From the NCBI RefSeq assembly GCF_009834535.1, contig NC_045696.1:49478001-49542000 (forward strand): a stretch of DNA of 64,000 nucleotides, in the 5' to 3' direction. Below, one piece after another: positions 25,593-38,670 of the stretch; the first letter of the stretch is position 1; each line of letters opens with the position of its first letter. The translations under genes were made by a program, and so were the position numbers. Source of the stretch: Camelus ferus. Its lineage: Eukaryota. The notes under the pieces are model-generated. The model ran no database searches and was not told the DNA's origin. It worked only from the letters and a program-made list of their open reading frames with translations.

Positions 25593-27919
25593 TAAACTGT
25601 GTTTGGTTTTAAGATCAGAAAAAAAGTGAATATATTTAAGGCCATAAGAAAGAGCACCGATTCAGATACTCAGAGCACACCGTAATTTCAATTTTACAGG
25701 ACAGCCCTTGATCTAGTATAATTTTAGGCTCTGAGTGGATGGTTAATTTTAAATAGTCAAATAAGTTTTTATCCTTTATGATCAAATATTTAAGACAATA
25801 AATCTTGAAGAGTTCAGTTTCCCAAAATTACAGCTTGTATTCTGGTCACATTCTCACATTTATCTCTGTGAATGATTTAGAAAATGCAGTTGAGGCTCTG
25901 CAAAGCAATGTCATTATCGTATCATATTTTCCCATTTGTTACAAGTTCTTAAACATTTACTTCCAAATGTGCTTTCTGCCTGCAGCAGTACTGCTGGATG
26001 CTTTATGAACTCTGGAGTAAACTTTTGATGCCTTGTATAAGAGTCAGGTTATTACTGTTGACAGATCTTGAGATGAAAATGCAGGAGGAAAACCTGTCTC
26101 TGAGTGCCAACGTGGAGAAATTCTGAGACCCTTACATAACACGAGGGAGATTTGGGGAGAGCAAGGGAGGAGTTTTTGCTCTCTCTTGTTCCCAGAAAAG
26201 AGTAATAATATTGGAAGGCTGAAGATAACAGTCCTCTCAGATGCTTCCTTCCTCACCTACCCACCAGTCTCCCAGGATGTTCAAGTTCTCAGTGATTCTT
26301 AGTCTAAAAACTCAGAAAGGGGAAGAGGTCAAGGTGAAGGTGGCTCATCAGGCAGCTATTTGAGTACCAGGGCCTAAAGAATTCTCATGATTCGACAGCA
26401 ACTTAAAAAAAAAAGAAAAATAAAAAGCTCTTTCTAAAAATATCCTATGATGCCAGCCTGCTCTATCAGAATGTCTAATGTTGCAGCACGACAGAGTCAG
26501 TGTTTTGGCTTATACAAGAGTTATTTTGTTTGGGGTCAGGTGGAGGGGATATTTTCTTTTGTTTCAATTCAAAAGCTGAATGCAAACACTACCTCCTGGG
26601 GTGGGTGATATTCTGATTACCATCAGCCTCATCAGAGATTTGTTTATTAAATAGATTTCCAGCTGTAACTGTTTTGATCAAGACCTTTGGGGTACAAAGA
26701 GAATTAAGGGTTGATGAGTAGTTTAGTGTGTGTGAGAGAGTGTCCATGTGTATTTTGGTATGTGGAGAAAGGATTAAAAAGGGAGAGTTCGAGTGGGATG
26801 AGAGGACCACTGAATCTTAAGGTGAGATATGCCAGACAAATACTTCTGGTTTCATGATCTCCTTCATATCCATAACTGACCCCAGGAATACAGAGAGTGT
26901 CAATAAAGGACTTTCCTATACATATAGATTGCCCGAAGACCTTGTTAAAAAGCAGATTGTGATTCATTTAGTTGAGGGGTTGGGAGAGGCAGGGCCTGAT
27001 ATTCTGCATTTCTAAAAAGATCCTAAGAGATGCTATGGGCCACATTTTGAGAAGTAAGGACCTAGCAAACCCTGAGGTTTGGTTCATTTCTGGGTGGACC
27101 AGCTGATGGCTGATTCAAGCTCTGAGGAGGCTCCAGAAATGACCCGATTGCCCTTGTGGAACAGACACATGGCCACTGCTGCCCATGAGGGTGGCCCTGA
27201 GAGCCCTGCCCAGCCTGTGCAGAACAGACACTCTCAGGAATAGATGATGTGGCTTTAGGCCAGCAACTCAGCCCCTTAAAACGTTATGGTAAATATAATG
27301 TTCTGAAAACTGGCTGACATGTTTCTGCTGAATTCTGCATTTGAGTTTTGGGGAATAATTTTTCCCTATTTGGTTTAACCACTCCTTTTTATACCCCCTG
27401 AGTTTTGTTTTGACCAAGACAGAGTTTCTACTTTCCTTTCCACTGGGGAGCTGTACCATTGTTTCTACTCTTACTGATTAAAACCTTTGTGGGTTTATGG
27501 ATTTGCAAACTGTATGGTTACTTTTCAAATACCTCAAAACATTAGCTGCTATAATTGTTTTACCAGGTCTTGGTTAAATGTTGCTTTCTCTGAGAGGTCA
27601 GCCTTCCCTGACCTCTCACTGTTGGTGGGTGCCTCTCCTGTGCATTCCCATGGTGCCCTGCACTTCGCTGTCAGCACTCAACACGGTGCCTGGCTACCTA
27701 TCTGTTTTCCAGGCTGTGTGCTCCCTGAAGACTGCTCCATGTCTTTGTCATCCACCATTATGCTCCACTGCCTTAGCCATAGCAGGGCAATAATGATGAT
27801 TTTTAATCAATAATACTCTGTTAGATGAATAAATAAAAGTTTGGGGGGGAACTAAGTTAATACTGTATTTTTTTGGAACCATATTTTGTTCATTATCAAT
27901 GTCTGCTTCATCCTTTCAG

Positions 27920-28012
27920 GCCCAGAGAACCCTCCCACAGAGCCTCTGCTCCGTGTTGTGGAATCCACCGTGGGCACCCAGCCTTCTCTAGCCAACAGCA
28001 TATCTCCTACAA
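27920..28012 (+). CDS. CD96: CD96 exon 9 (Ser/Thr/Pro stalk)
   Basis: cag| (G)PENPPTEPLLRVVESTVGTQPSLANSISPT |gtaagg; 93 bp, phase 1-1. Confidence 0.93.
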
Positions 28013-29030
28013 GTAAGGATGTTTCCACACTGCTTTACTTTTCCCGAGGTATTAACCCTTTAACCAAGTAGACTGATGAAGAAAAAGATTTCAGAAGATT
28101 TATAACTCATGCCCTTTTCTTATCTATGGCATTTTAGATAAACATACTGAGTACAGTTCTTGTGGCGTAAAAGAGTTAGCACAACTTCCAAAGTCCTTCA
28201 TTTGAAGGCTTGGCAAAATCAGGGTCAGTAAATATTCAGTGAGAAGTGTACATTCTGTATTTATTGTTAGATAAGTTAATAAATTGACAGTCCTCCTCCA
28301 CAATTGTGTTCTCCATGGGGTGTTAAAGAAATTGGTTGTCAATGGGGATCCTGTGGACCCGAGGTAGATAGATAGTTTTAAATTTAAATTTGTTCTCGTG
28401 CAAATTAATTCTGACAAAGTTGACTATGAGAACTATGAATCCAGCCTCCCAGTGGCATTATTAATAATGGAGGTCAGGCTGGGTCAGTGTTACTATGGCA
28501 GAGGGCTAGCAGTGACTTTCAGAAGTTGGCATTGATGCAAACAAATCATAAATCCCCATGTCCATGGCCTTTGTGTCTAACAAAGAACCAAAGTGACTTT
28601 CACTAACACACAGAAAAAGTATGTTCTAGAGTAGAAGTGTGGCTTTCATTTCTTATTTAATTAAAACTATCCATTTTAGCTCAAAATGAGAACTGAAAAT
28701 GGAATAAAACAAAGCAGTCAGGAGGAATGAACAATTCCTTTAGCCTGTAGCCTTTGGCACGTAGCCTGCAGCCACTGTCACAGGTTGATACCTCTCAGAA
28801 AATGAGGCATGTGGCAGGGTGAGAAATGCCTGCAAATCACCCAGCAGAAGTTTTACATCCATCTGGTTTCTCCTGATTCTTAAGGCTTTGTCATTTTCTT
28901 CTTTATAAGCTGCTTTTTCTTCTACTTCTAACTCATCATTCAGCAATAAACCATAGTAGATTATGGTATCGTTCATTCAACAAATATTGGTATATTCAAC
29001 AATGGTACCTTAAATCTCTTTAGTGTTCTA

Positions 29031-29544
29031 TGTATTTGTTATCCATTGCTGTATAGCAAATTTACCCCAGAACTTAACAACTTATGAAATACATATTGGC
29101 TCACGTGGTTTCCAGGGGTCACAAATCCAGGAGCAGCTTAGCTGAGTGGTGTGAATCAGGTTCTTCCATGTGGTTGTAGTGAAGCTGTTGGTTGGGACAC
29201 TAGTCATCTGAAGGCTTGACTGGAAATGACGGCTCTGCTTCCAAGCTGAGCATGTTGTTGGCAGGAGACTCAGTTCCTCACCACTTGGGATCTCTCCTCA
29301 GGGCTGCTCACAATATGGCAACCTTTTGCTAAACCAAGTAATTCAAGAAATAGAGTCACCAAGACAAAAGCCACAGTGCCTTTTTATGACACAGCTTCCA
29401 GACTTGCACACCATTACTTCTGCTATATTCTATCTGTTAGAAGTAAGGCACCAAGTCCAACTCATACTCAAGAGGGAGAAAATTGGGCTCCAGTTCTTGA
29501 AAGAAAGGGTGTCAAAGCATTTGTGGACAAATTAAAACAACCAC
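29031..29544. mobile_element. MLT1-type (ERVL-MaLR) solo LTR
   Basis: tgtatttgttatccattgctgtatagcaaatttacccc...gtcatctgaaggcttgactgga...aaccaca, with TG..CA ends. Confidence 0.75.
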
Positions 29545-30942
29545 ATCCTGTAACTTTTAGAAAATGTTTGCACATAAAATTCAATGTGGTTTTATCTTTT
29601 TTATTGTGAGAGGTAGACAGAACAAACATTATTATTTCCATTTTCCAGATGGGGACACTGAGTTGCTGAGAGCTTAAATGATCACATGACTAGTAAGTGG
29701 CAAAGTTAGTATTCACACCAAAGTCTTCTGACTCTAAATCTAGTTCTCAGTGCATTAGGTAGCATGTTTTCTCCAGCTGGGCTAAATACTTCATGAGGAC
29801 AGGGATGGTATTTGTTTTGCTTCCTTACACGTGCCTAGCAGAGAGTAGGCAGTGCAAAAAATAGTTGAATAAATGAATAAAAAATAATGAATGAGAATAA
29901 TGTTTCTTCACTATGTAAATATCAGTTAATAGACTCAAAAACATTGTCAAAAAAAGATAATTTGTTTTGCTGCTTTCAAAAAGGTTGCAGTGCACTTGGA
30001 GAGAGATGATACGCACATAGGAAAAGTATCAGTCTAAACAGTAGCATACAAGGTGCCATGTTTTATAGAATTAAAATGCTCAGGGAGAGGAACAGACCAA
30101 GAAGTCTTAGGCTTTGAGTATGGAAAGGTCCCTATGAGTTTTTGGAGTCAGGAAGTGTTACTTAAGACAGATGAAATAAGCTGACCCTTGAATTACATAT
30201 TGTGTTTATTTGACTAAGTTGAGAGCTGGAAAAAACATTTTAAACAAAGAAAACAAAGTGAGCCTTTGTGCACTGGTAAAAATATTCATGGGAATTTGAC
30301 AATATTAGTAGATAAGTTTGGGTCAGAGAAGTGGGATTGTGCAGCAGAGAAGCAAGGATGAAGATTGGAAAATGCAGACTAAAGAGAGCCTTAAGCCCCA
30401 GTCTAAGGATTCTAAATGTTATCCCTTAGGAAATGGGAGGGACCCCATTAGACCTTTTTTTAGAAGGGAAGTGACATAATTCATTCACCAAATACTTATT
30501 GAGCACTTACTATGCACCAGGTACTCTTCTAGGTGTTGGAAATATAACAGTAAACAAAAGAGAAAAAAACACTCACACTGTCATGGCATGTACATTCTGC
30601 CAATTGAACACAGAAATGAATTACTTCTAGCTGAGTTTTCTGTGGGGTTAGTTGACATACACTAAATTCTTTCATCAGATCAAATACCATTCTTATTTCT
30701 GTGAAGAAATTCAAGGAAAAGAAAAGGATACTTGTTACCCTAAAAAATCTACAATCTAATATAGCTCTAGTATTAGAGAGGTTGAAAGGGCACAGTCAAA
30801 TAAACATATTTGTTAAAAAGCAGAAAGCATGCTACCTGATCTACTATCATACTAAGCTGATACAGTTGGGAAATTTCTGAAGAATCAAAAGACCTCCTTA
30901 TTATAAACACCCACCACATTGGACCTCAGAACTATTAAAGAT

Positions 30943-31160
30943 CAATGATTCTCACCAGAGTAATTTTGCCTCCACCCCCCCCACCTCAGGGACATGTACA
31001 GTATCTTGGGACATTTTTGGCTGCCACAGTTAGGGGGTTGATGGTGCTACTAGCATCTCTCGGGCAGAGGCCAAAGATGCTACAACACGAACAGGACAAC
31101 CTCCACAGCAAAGAATTATCCCGTCTGCAAAGTCAGTAGGGCTGAGATTGAGAAGCCCTG
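30943..31160. mobile_element. MER20 hAT-Charlie element
   Basis: caatgattctcacc...gggacatttttggctgccaca...gctgagattgagaagccctg. Confidence 0.75.
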
Positions 31161-34100
31161 TTTTAAATTCAGGCTCCAATATAATAAAAGTAGCTATTTC
31201 TCACTTTACAAAATCTGCACCTCTGTCAAGGTAGTAACAAGATTGTATTTGGAACAATTTTCAGTCCGATTTTTATATGTCAAAAAACATGTTAAATCAA
31301 TGGCTGGTTATATCTAAATAAAACTTATCTACTTAGAATAAACATTGAATTACAACTGAAAAATCTAAATTTTTTTGGCAACCTGGAGGGTAACTTGTGA
31401 AGTCACATGATGACCGACTGCCTCAGAAGCTGGTAGGATTCGCCCTTGTGTGTTCTTTCAAGAAAGGAAGCGAGATGAAACATGTCATGGAAACCAACTT
31501 CAAAAGGCTTTGGTTTCATTCCAGACTCTAAGATATAGTGAACTGTATAATTCAGTCTGAATTTTTAAGCCACAGATCTTGCTGCAAACATATAATTCAT
31601 ATTTTTTCCTCAATGAAAGGATATTTTTTAAACAACTGTAGAAAATAATGGACACAATGGAACCTTATAACTCATAATCCACTGCAAGGGCTACCCAGGG
31701 AAGCCTAGCTCAATTCAGCCTGAACTAACTGGCGTTCTCAGCACTGTCCTAGGGAAGGACAGGAGGCTGACAGGTGACGTGATGAGATGAGACAAGCCCA
31801 CATGGAACCATCAGAGACCCCTGACAAATCTAGGGAGGAGCAGTACTGGTAACTCCGGGCCTTGCAGGACTCCGAGCAGAGCCCTGTGCCTCCCAGCTCA
31901 CTGGCTATGAATTGCTCCTCAGAGAGCAGGCCTCAGAAACACCAGCCCCAACTATGATCATCATCCAAGACATTTGTTCATTCAACAAGTAAGCCAACTA
32001 TGAGCCAGGAATTTTTGAGTTCTTGGGAGACAGTGACGAATGAAACAGGCAGGCCCCCAGCTGCTCAGAGCTTATGACTGAGCCAGACCCACTTCCTGGC
32101 CTCCCATTTCACTGGCCACTAGGCCAGAGGCCTTTTGGCTCAGCCTTCTATTTATATGTCTGTACACAACTCTTTGACCTGAGGGCATTGATTTTGATAT
32201 TAAACCCTCTCTAAAAACTTAGCAAGTCCTCACAGTCTGGATCCTCCTACTCCTGGAAGCTCTGAGTGCAATACCAGGTCCACTCGGGTTCTAACCATTG
32301 GCCAGCTCTCCAGGTGAGCACACCTGATCCTTGGAGAGCAGGGGGTCAGACCTGAGGCGTACAGACGGAAGGAAGCAGTTACCCAGGGTATGCAGTGAAG
32401 GAGTCAGGACACCTCTGCTGCTGTCCCATAGTTTCTGCCTCTATCATATGTATCCAAACACCAAAAATTAAGAAAAATAAATGCGTTCTGAGGCAGAGAG
32501 TGGAATCAAGGAAGTTACACAGCAGGTCTGGAAAGAAATATAGTCTCAAATGGAAGATAGATGAGAGACAGATCCTCAGACAAAGACATAAAATGAAATG
32601 AGCGTAGGACATGGAAAGACAAGCAGGGTGAGTTCTACAGTGCTTGTTAGGGAGGGGCTGCAAGTTGCTCAGGTGAGGTAGAACCAGGTGAAGGTTAAGA
32701 TAATGGGCTGTGGATTTGGGCTGTGATCTGGACAACAAAAAGCAGCCACTGTGGCTTTCTGAGTATATGAAAAATGTAAGTAAAATAGAAGACCAAATGA
32801 TGTAGATGTAAAGTGATAATGTTCTGAACTAGAATGGGCAGATATAAAAGTGGAGAGTACTGTGTGTGACAGAAGACTCAGCAGAGTTGTCTGCCTCAAT
32901 ATGGGGGATAAATAAAAGCTGCTTAGAAAACTATCATCAAAGGCCTTCCAGGTTTTTTTTTTTTTTTCACTAGTAATTACCTAAAATTTTTCACCAACTG
33001 GCATGGTTGTATTGTAGGACTAAGCAATAATTGTAACAATCCTTGTTAGTGTTTGAGTGCCTCTGTGTGTGTGGCACCATTCTCAACTAGTAAATGTATT
33101 CTCTTATTTAAGCTTCCTCAAAACACAGTAATATATGTACTATTATTATCCGTCCCCATTTTATAGATGAAGATACAAAGGCATAAAAAGGTTACAAAAC
33201 TCACCCAAAGTCATGCAGAAAGTGAAACAGACAGAAAGGAGTCCAGACAGCAACTTCAAACTGCCTCTGAGAGTGCATGTTGGGTGCTCAGTATAAGTCT
33301 TTAGACGTTGAATACCCCTTCCAGTGTGAAGCTGGCATGGCTGCCCTGAAAAGGTCAATATGGCGGCTATGCTTTCATTAATCTTTCCCTTCTCTGGGCC
33401 AGTGCTTTCCGAGAAATGCAGCCTCTGGAAGTGGGCTAACAGGTCCTCAGTTGGAAATAAATTGGAGGAAAAGGCCCTCCTCCATCCATTACCCTTTCTC
33501 TTCTCGGCATAATTATACTATAATCCTTACTTCGCAGAGATGCGTACAGAATCCGTACAAACTCCAGTGCTCTCCCTTGAATCCTGGGAATTCTAGATTT
33601 TGCATCTCTCACAACCTTTTATCTGGGGCACACATTACAGATTGTTAAAGAATTTCCCAATTTTTTCTATACCTGTCACCTGTAAGTCAAGGGTAGTTTC
33701 CTCAATGACTGATTTACTCTGGGTATTTGTTTACTCAGTTCCCCCCTTTGAAGTGAGGTACCTCCAGGGAAAATCTATTAGACATCCCATTCTTCCATTC
33801 GTTTCATAGTTATTGAGTGTTGATGAATGTACCACATGGTGTATGATGAGCTCTGTCCTGCTTATTGTCATCTTCCCCCCAAGGGAGCTCTAAAAATCCT
33901 TCCTAGATGGTTAATCCAGCAGTACACATTGCCTTTAGCCATTCAGTGAGCACATGTTCACCAAACAATCTGCATCCCACAGGAAAACAGTTGTATGCAG
34001 AAATTAAGGTTTCACAACACACGCCTCCTTTATGCTGACTGAGGGTCGTTATCCACTTTATCCTGACAGCGGGAGTTGACGGGGCTGACTCACGTGTGTT

Positions 34101-35699
34101 TAGATGTAGGTGATGACTTATGTTCTTTTCAGTGCAGTTGTCTAGTTGATGCCATTATGGGTTTAAAGGCTCTTTGTGCTGCAGGTGAATTGATGGAATA
34201 CAATTACACATTTGTCAAGGAGACTCTGGGTAGCTGTGTCAATAAATGTGATGTCAACAGAGTGGAAGGTCAAGTGAAAAATATTACTATTTGAGAAAAT
34301 AAGTTAAACTTTTAGGTTTAATTTTACATGAGCATAGGTAAAGTCTTGGACATTGAGCTTGATGAACCAGATCCCTATGACAACAGCAACCTGAACTTAC
34401 AAATAACTTTTACCTTTGTGTTTAGTTGAACAAATAAGTTGAACTCTGTAGGTTAGCAAAAAATAATTTTCTTTTTGTGCATCATTTCCTGTCCAAGCAA
34501 GCTCTATTGAGTTTCTTCCTAGCCTTTGAAAGAAATTTTAGGTGATTTTTTCTTTGACTTTATTGGTGATTTTCACATAATAAATATTGTCTGATCCCTT
34601 TTAGCCACAAGAACAGATTTGTGTCAGTAATTTTAAAAAGCTTGTGAGTGTCATGTCAAAATTTGCAAAACTTAATTCACTCCGGGACTTCCCCACCTCC
34701 TCTCCAAGTGTGGTCTCACTCAGCTCTGAAAGTCTGGGACGTGAGGCTGTCTTTTCCGTCTGTGGGGGTCAAGGAGAGACAAGGGAGATATCTTTGAGAT
34801 TTCCTGGCCCCATCTTCTCCTCCATTACTAGTTGTTGGCTTGGAACTCTCTTTGGCAGCCACAGCGTGGGGAAAACAGGGGCGAAGTAAGTAAGGAAAGA
34901 CCTTCCTTGCCAGGCTGACTATTATCTGACCTAGGTACCCTAAGGATGGAAAGAATAAAAATTGATACTTTAATGTCATGGGGCACTTTGGCAGATTTCT
35001 CAGAAATCTGTGACTGGCCTGTAGATTCTGTCCCCCTGCTGTGGGCCGTGCCTCTCTTTCGGTCTCCTCCTTACCCCATCCCTGCAGCCTGTAAGCATCT
35101 GGAGGCTTGTCTGCTTGGGAGCTTTTTGTTCCTCTCAGTATTTTGGGGAGTAAAGATTTCTTTTCGTAGCATCCTGTTTTGTCTGGGAAAACGTGTTCCT
35201 TGGCCGCCTGTTTGGGGGAGGTGCTCCTCTTCCCAGGGGGGCTGTACCTCTCCTCTCTATGCCCATTTAACACAGCTGCCCAAGCAGGGCTCCCAGTGTA
35301 GTCTCTTTAGCCTGAGTCAGTCACCAGCCTCCTTTGTTCCAGACTCCAGCACACAGAGGCCAAGAGCTCTGAGGGGTCTCTTGAAATGACACTTCACTTG
35401 GACTAAGGTGAGGCGGCATCCCTTTCTTTCCCTACTCCATGAAAAGGGACTTAACTCACAGCACCCTGACAGCTCTCTCTAAAGAAATCCTCACCAGGGC
35501 TGCTTCTCTCCCTGTTCATAGCCTTGAGGTTGTTGATGGACCTGAACTGACAGAACCCATTCTACTCTATCTTCACATGTCCTTCATAGGTGGTCTAGAA
35601 CTCTGCTCCAGAAGTGAGAATGACTTGCCTATAATTTCATTCTTAGCCTCTGGGACCTCACCTAAAAGGGATGTACGAAGAGTTCCATTTGAAAATTCT

Positions 35700-37640
35700 G
35701 TTCTGCATTAACCATTGCAATTAAAAGAAATTCAGTGACACCAACAACAACAACAAAAAAAAGAAACCAAGAAAACAATCCATTTACAATAGCATCAAAA
35801 AAGGATAAAACACTAGGAAATTTAATCAAGAAAATGAAAGATCCGTACACTGAAAACTATAAAACATTGATGAAAGACATTGGAGACATGCAAACAAGTG
35901 GAAAGACATCCAGTGTTCATGGATTGGAATAATTAATATTGTTAAATTGTCTACACTACTCAAAGCAATATACAGATTCAGTGCAGTTCCCTATCAAAAT
36001 TCCAATGAATTTTTCACAGAAATAGAAAAACAATCTTAAAATGCATATCTACAAAAGACACCAAATAACCAGTGCAATCTTGAGAAAGGACAGAGTTGGA
36101 GGCACCACACTTCCTAATTTCTCACTATACTACAAAGGGGTAGTAATCAAAACAGTATGATACTTGCATAAGACAGGCACGTAGGCCAAGGAAACAGAAT
36201 AGAGAGCCCAGAAATAAACCCAAGCAAATACGGTCAACTAATTTTTAACAAAATTACCAAGAATACACACTGGGAAAGGAAAGGCTCTTCAATAAATGGT
36301 GCTCGGGAAACTGGATATGTTTCCACATGCAAAAGAATGAAATTGGACCCTTTTCTTACACAATACACAAAAATCACCTCAAAATATATTAAAGACAAAC
36401 ATAAGATCTGAAACTATAAAACTTCTAGAAGAAAACATAGGGAAAAACTTGACATCAGTTGGCCTTGGCAATGATTTTTTTGATGTGACACCAAAAGTTC
36501 AGGCAGCAAAAGCAAAAATAAACAAGTGTACTACATCAAACCAAAAAAACCCTGCACAACAAAGAAAACAACCAACAAAATTCAAAAGCAACCTATGGAC
36601 TGGAAGAAAGTATTTGCAAATTATAAATCTGATAAAGGGTTAATATCCAAAATATATAAGGAACTTAGTTCAATAGCAAAGCAAGAAACAAACTGTTAAA
36701 AAAAGAGACAATAGATCTGAATAGATATTTTTTTAAGGAAGACATACAAATGGCCAAAAGGTATATGAAAAGGTGCTCAACATTGCTAATCATTAAAGAA
36801 ATTCAAATCAAACCACAGTGAAATATCACCTCACACTTGTGACAATGTGTCACAATGCAACAAAAGTAAAGATAAACAAGTGTTGGTGAGGATATGGAGT
36901 AAAGAGAACCCTTGTACACTGTTGGTGAGAATGTAAATTGATGCAGCCATTAATGGAAACCAGTCTTTGAAGTTCCTAAAAAATTTAAAAATAGAACTAC
37001 TATTTGATCCAGCAATCTCTCTTTTTGGTATATACAGAAAGGAAATGAAATCAGCCACCTCTATGAGATAATCTGTGTGCCCATGTTCAAATAGATATGG
37101 AAATAGCCTAAGTTCCAATTGATGGGACCAAAAAAATTTATATATATATATATATATATATAATTTGACCTTAAAAAAGGAAATCCTACCATATGCAGTG
37201 GATGAACATAGAGGACATAATGCTTCAGTGAAATAAGCCAGACACAAAAAGAAAAAAAACTGCATATATGTGGAATCTAAAAAGAGTCAATTACATGGAA
37301 GCAAAGAGTAGAACAGTAGTTACCAGGGCCAGGGAGCTAGGAGAGACGGGATGACGTTCGTCAAAGTGTACAAAGTTGGAGTTAAGTAGGACTAGTAAGT
37401 CTAGAGAGCTAATGTATAGCATAATGACTATAGTTAATACTACTGGATTGTATATTGGAAATTTGCTAAGAGTAGATTTCACGTGTTCTTGGCACACTAG
37501 AAAGTATGCGAAAGGAGATGGTGTGTTAACTGACTATAGTAATCATTCTACTATGTATATGTATATCAAATCATCATGTGTACACAGTAATATATTCAAT
37601 TTTATTTAAAAATTTTTAAAATGAGTAAGTAAAATAAAAT
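35700..37640 (+). mobile_element. LINE-1 5'-truncated copy (ORF2 3' part and 3'UTR, L1MA-like)
   Basis: Degenerate ORF2 peptides (NPFTIASKK, LIKKMKDPYTENYKTLMKDI, gagagcccagaaataaaccc), then 3'UTR and an A-rich end; many stops and frameshifts. Confidence 0.9.
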
Positions 37641-38249
37641 AAATGTAATGAAAATGAAGCAAACATGATGAGGTGATTGATGGTTTACCTACTGAGACGG
37701 TCCACTGAAAGCTATAGGTTTGGGCACAGTGTGATGGATTGAAAAGTAATAGACAGAGTTCTAAAAGTGAGGCCAAGGTGAGGATGCTTGAAGAAAATGG
37801 GGAAAGACAAGAGAAAGAAGGAAAGGAAGAGTATTAGCATGGATAGTGCCTTCCTCATGGGTTATTAAAAGCAGCAGAAGAGGCAGACCTGCAAAACACC
37901 TAATATAGTACCTGGTTCATAGTAAGTGTCAGAAAGCTGCATTTTATTATTAGTTCCCTTAAATCCCTTTGGGAACATAGTAGGAACCCAAGTTAGGAAA
38001 TAGAGTGGTTGATTAATTAACCAGTCTGTTTTTGTCTAAATTGTGTGTTTTAATAAAAACAAAAAGTCTAGAATTATGTGTCCTACTTCTACTTGAAATA
38101 GATTCAGATGTAAATAAAACCCGCCAGGATCTAGGTCACATGAGTGGAGGAGAGGCGGGGGCAGTGAGCTAGGGCAGATATCTGTCAATGGCCTGAAAGG
38201 CCACAGGTTACATCCAGTTTACTACATTCCCACTACTCTAGCCACCGCT

Positions 38250-38670
38250 CACTCACTGTTCTTCACCTGAAGTGGTCTCCTTGCTGATCTTCCAACGTGC
38301 CTCAGCTGCCCCCACCTCAGGGCCGTTTTACTTGTTTCCTCTGCCTGGAAATTCTTCCCTCTAAATCCACATGGCTCACGCCCTCGTCTTCTCCCACTCT
38401 TTGTTCACACGTCACCTTCTCAGTGTGGCTTTCCATGACCAACTCATTTAAAACTACAACACCCCCATCCTACCCCCGTCCCCTTTTCCTGTTTTATTTT
38501 TCTCCGTAGCATCTTTTAGCATCTTGTGTAATTTATTTTTCTGGCTCCTCCCTACAAGAAACTAAATCCCATGAGGCAGGGTTTTTTGTCTGATTTGTCT
38601 ACCGATGTATCTCGATCACCTAGAAGAGTGATAACACATGGTTATCAATAAGTATTGATAACTCAGTAAA
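38250..38670. mobile_element. L2 fragment
   Basis: cctcagggccgttttacttgtttcctctgcctggaa...catgaggcagggtttttt...aataagtattg. Confidence 0.6.

Noticed and set aside
34716..35389. 185-aa minus and 147-aa plus ORFs
   Set aside because: No recognisable protein similarity; consistent with chance ORFs in GC-richer intron sequence.
35735..36643. L1 ORF2-like peptides as a functional gene
   Set aside because: Fragmented by stops and frameshifts; a dead, 5'-truncated L1.
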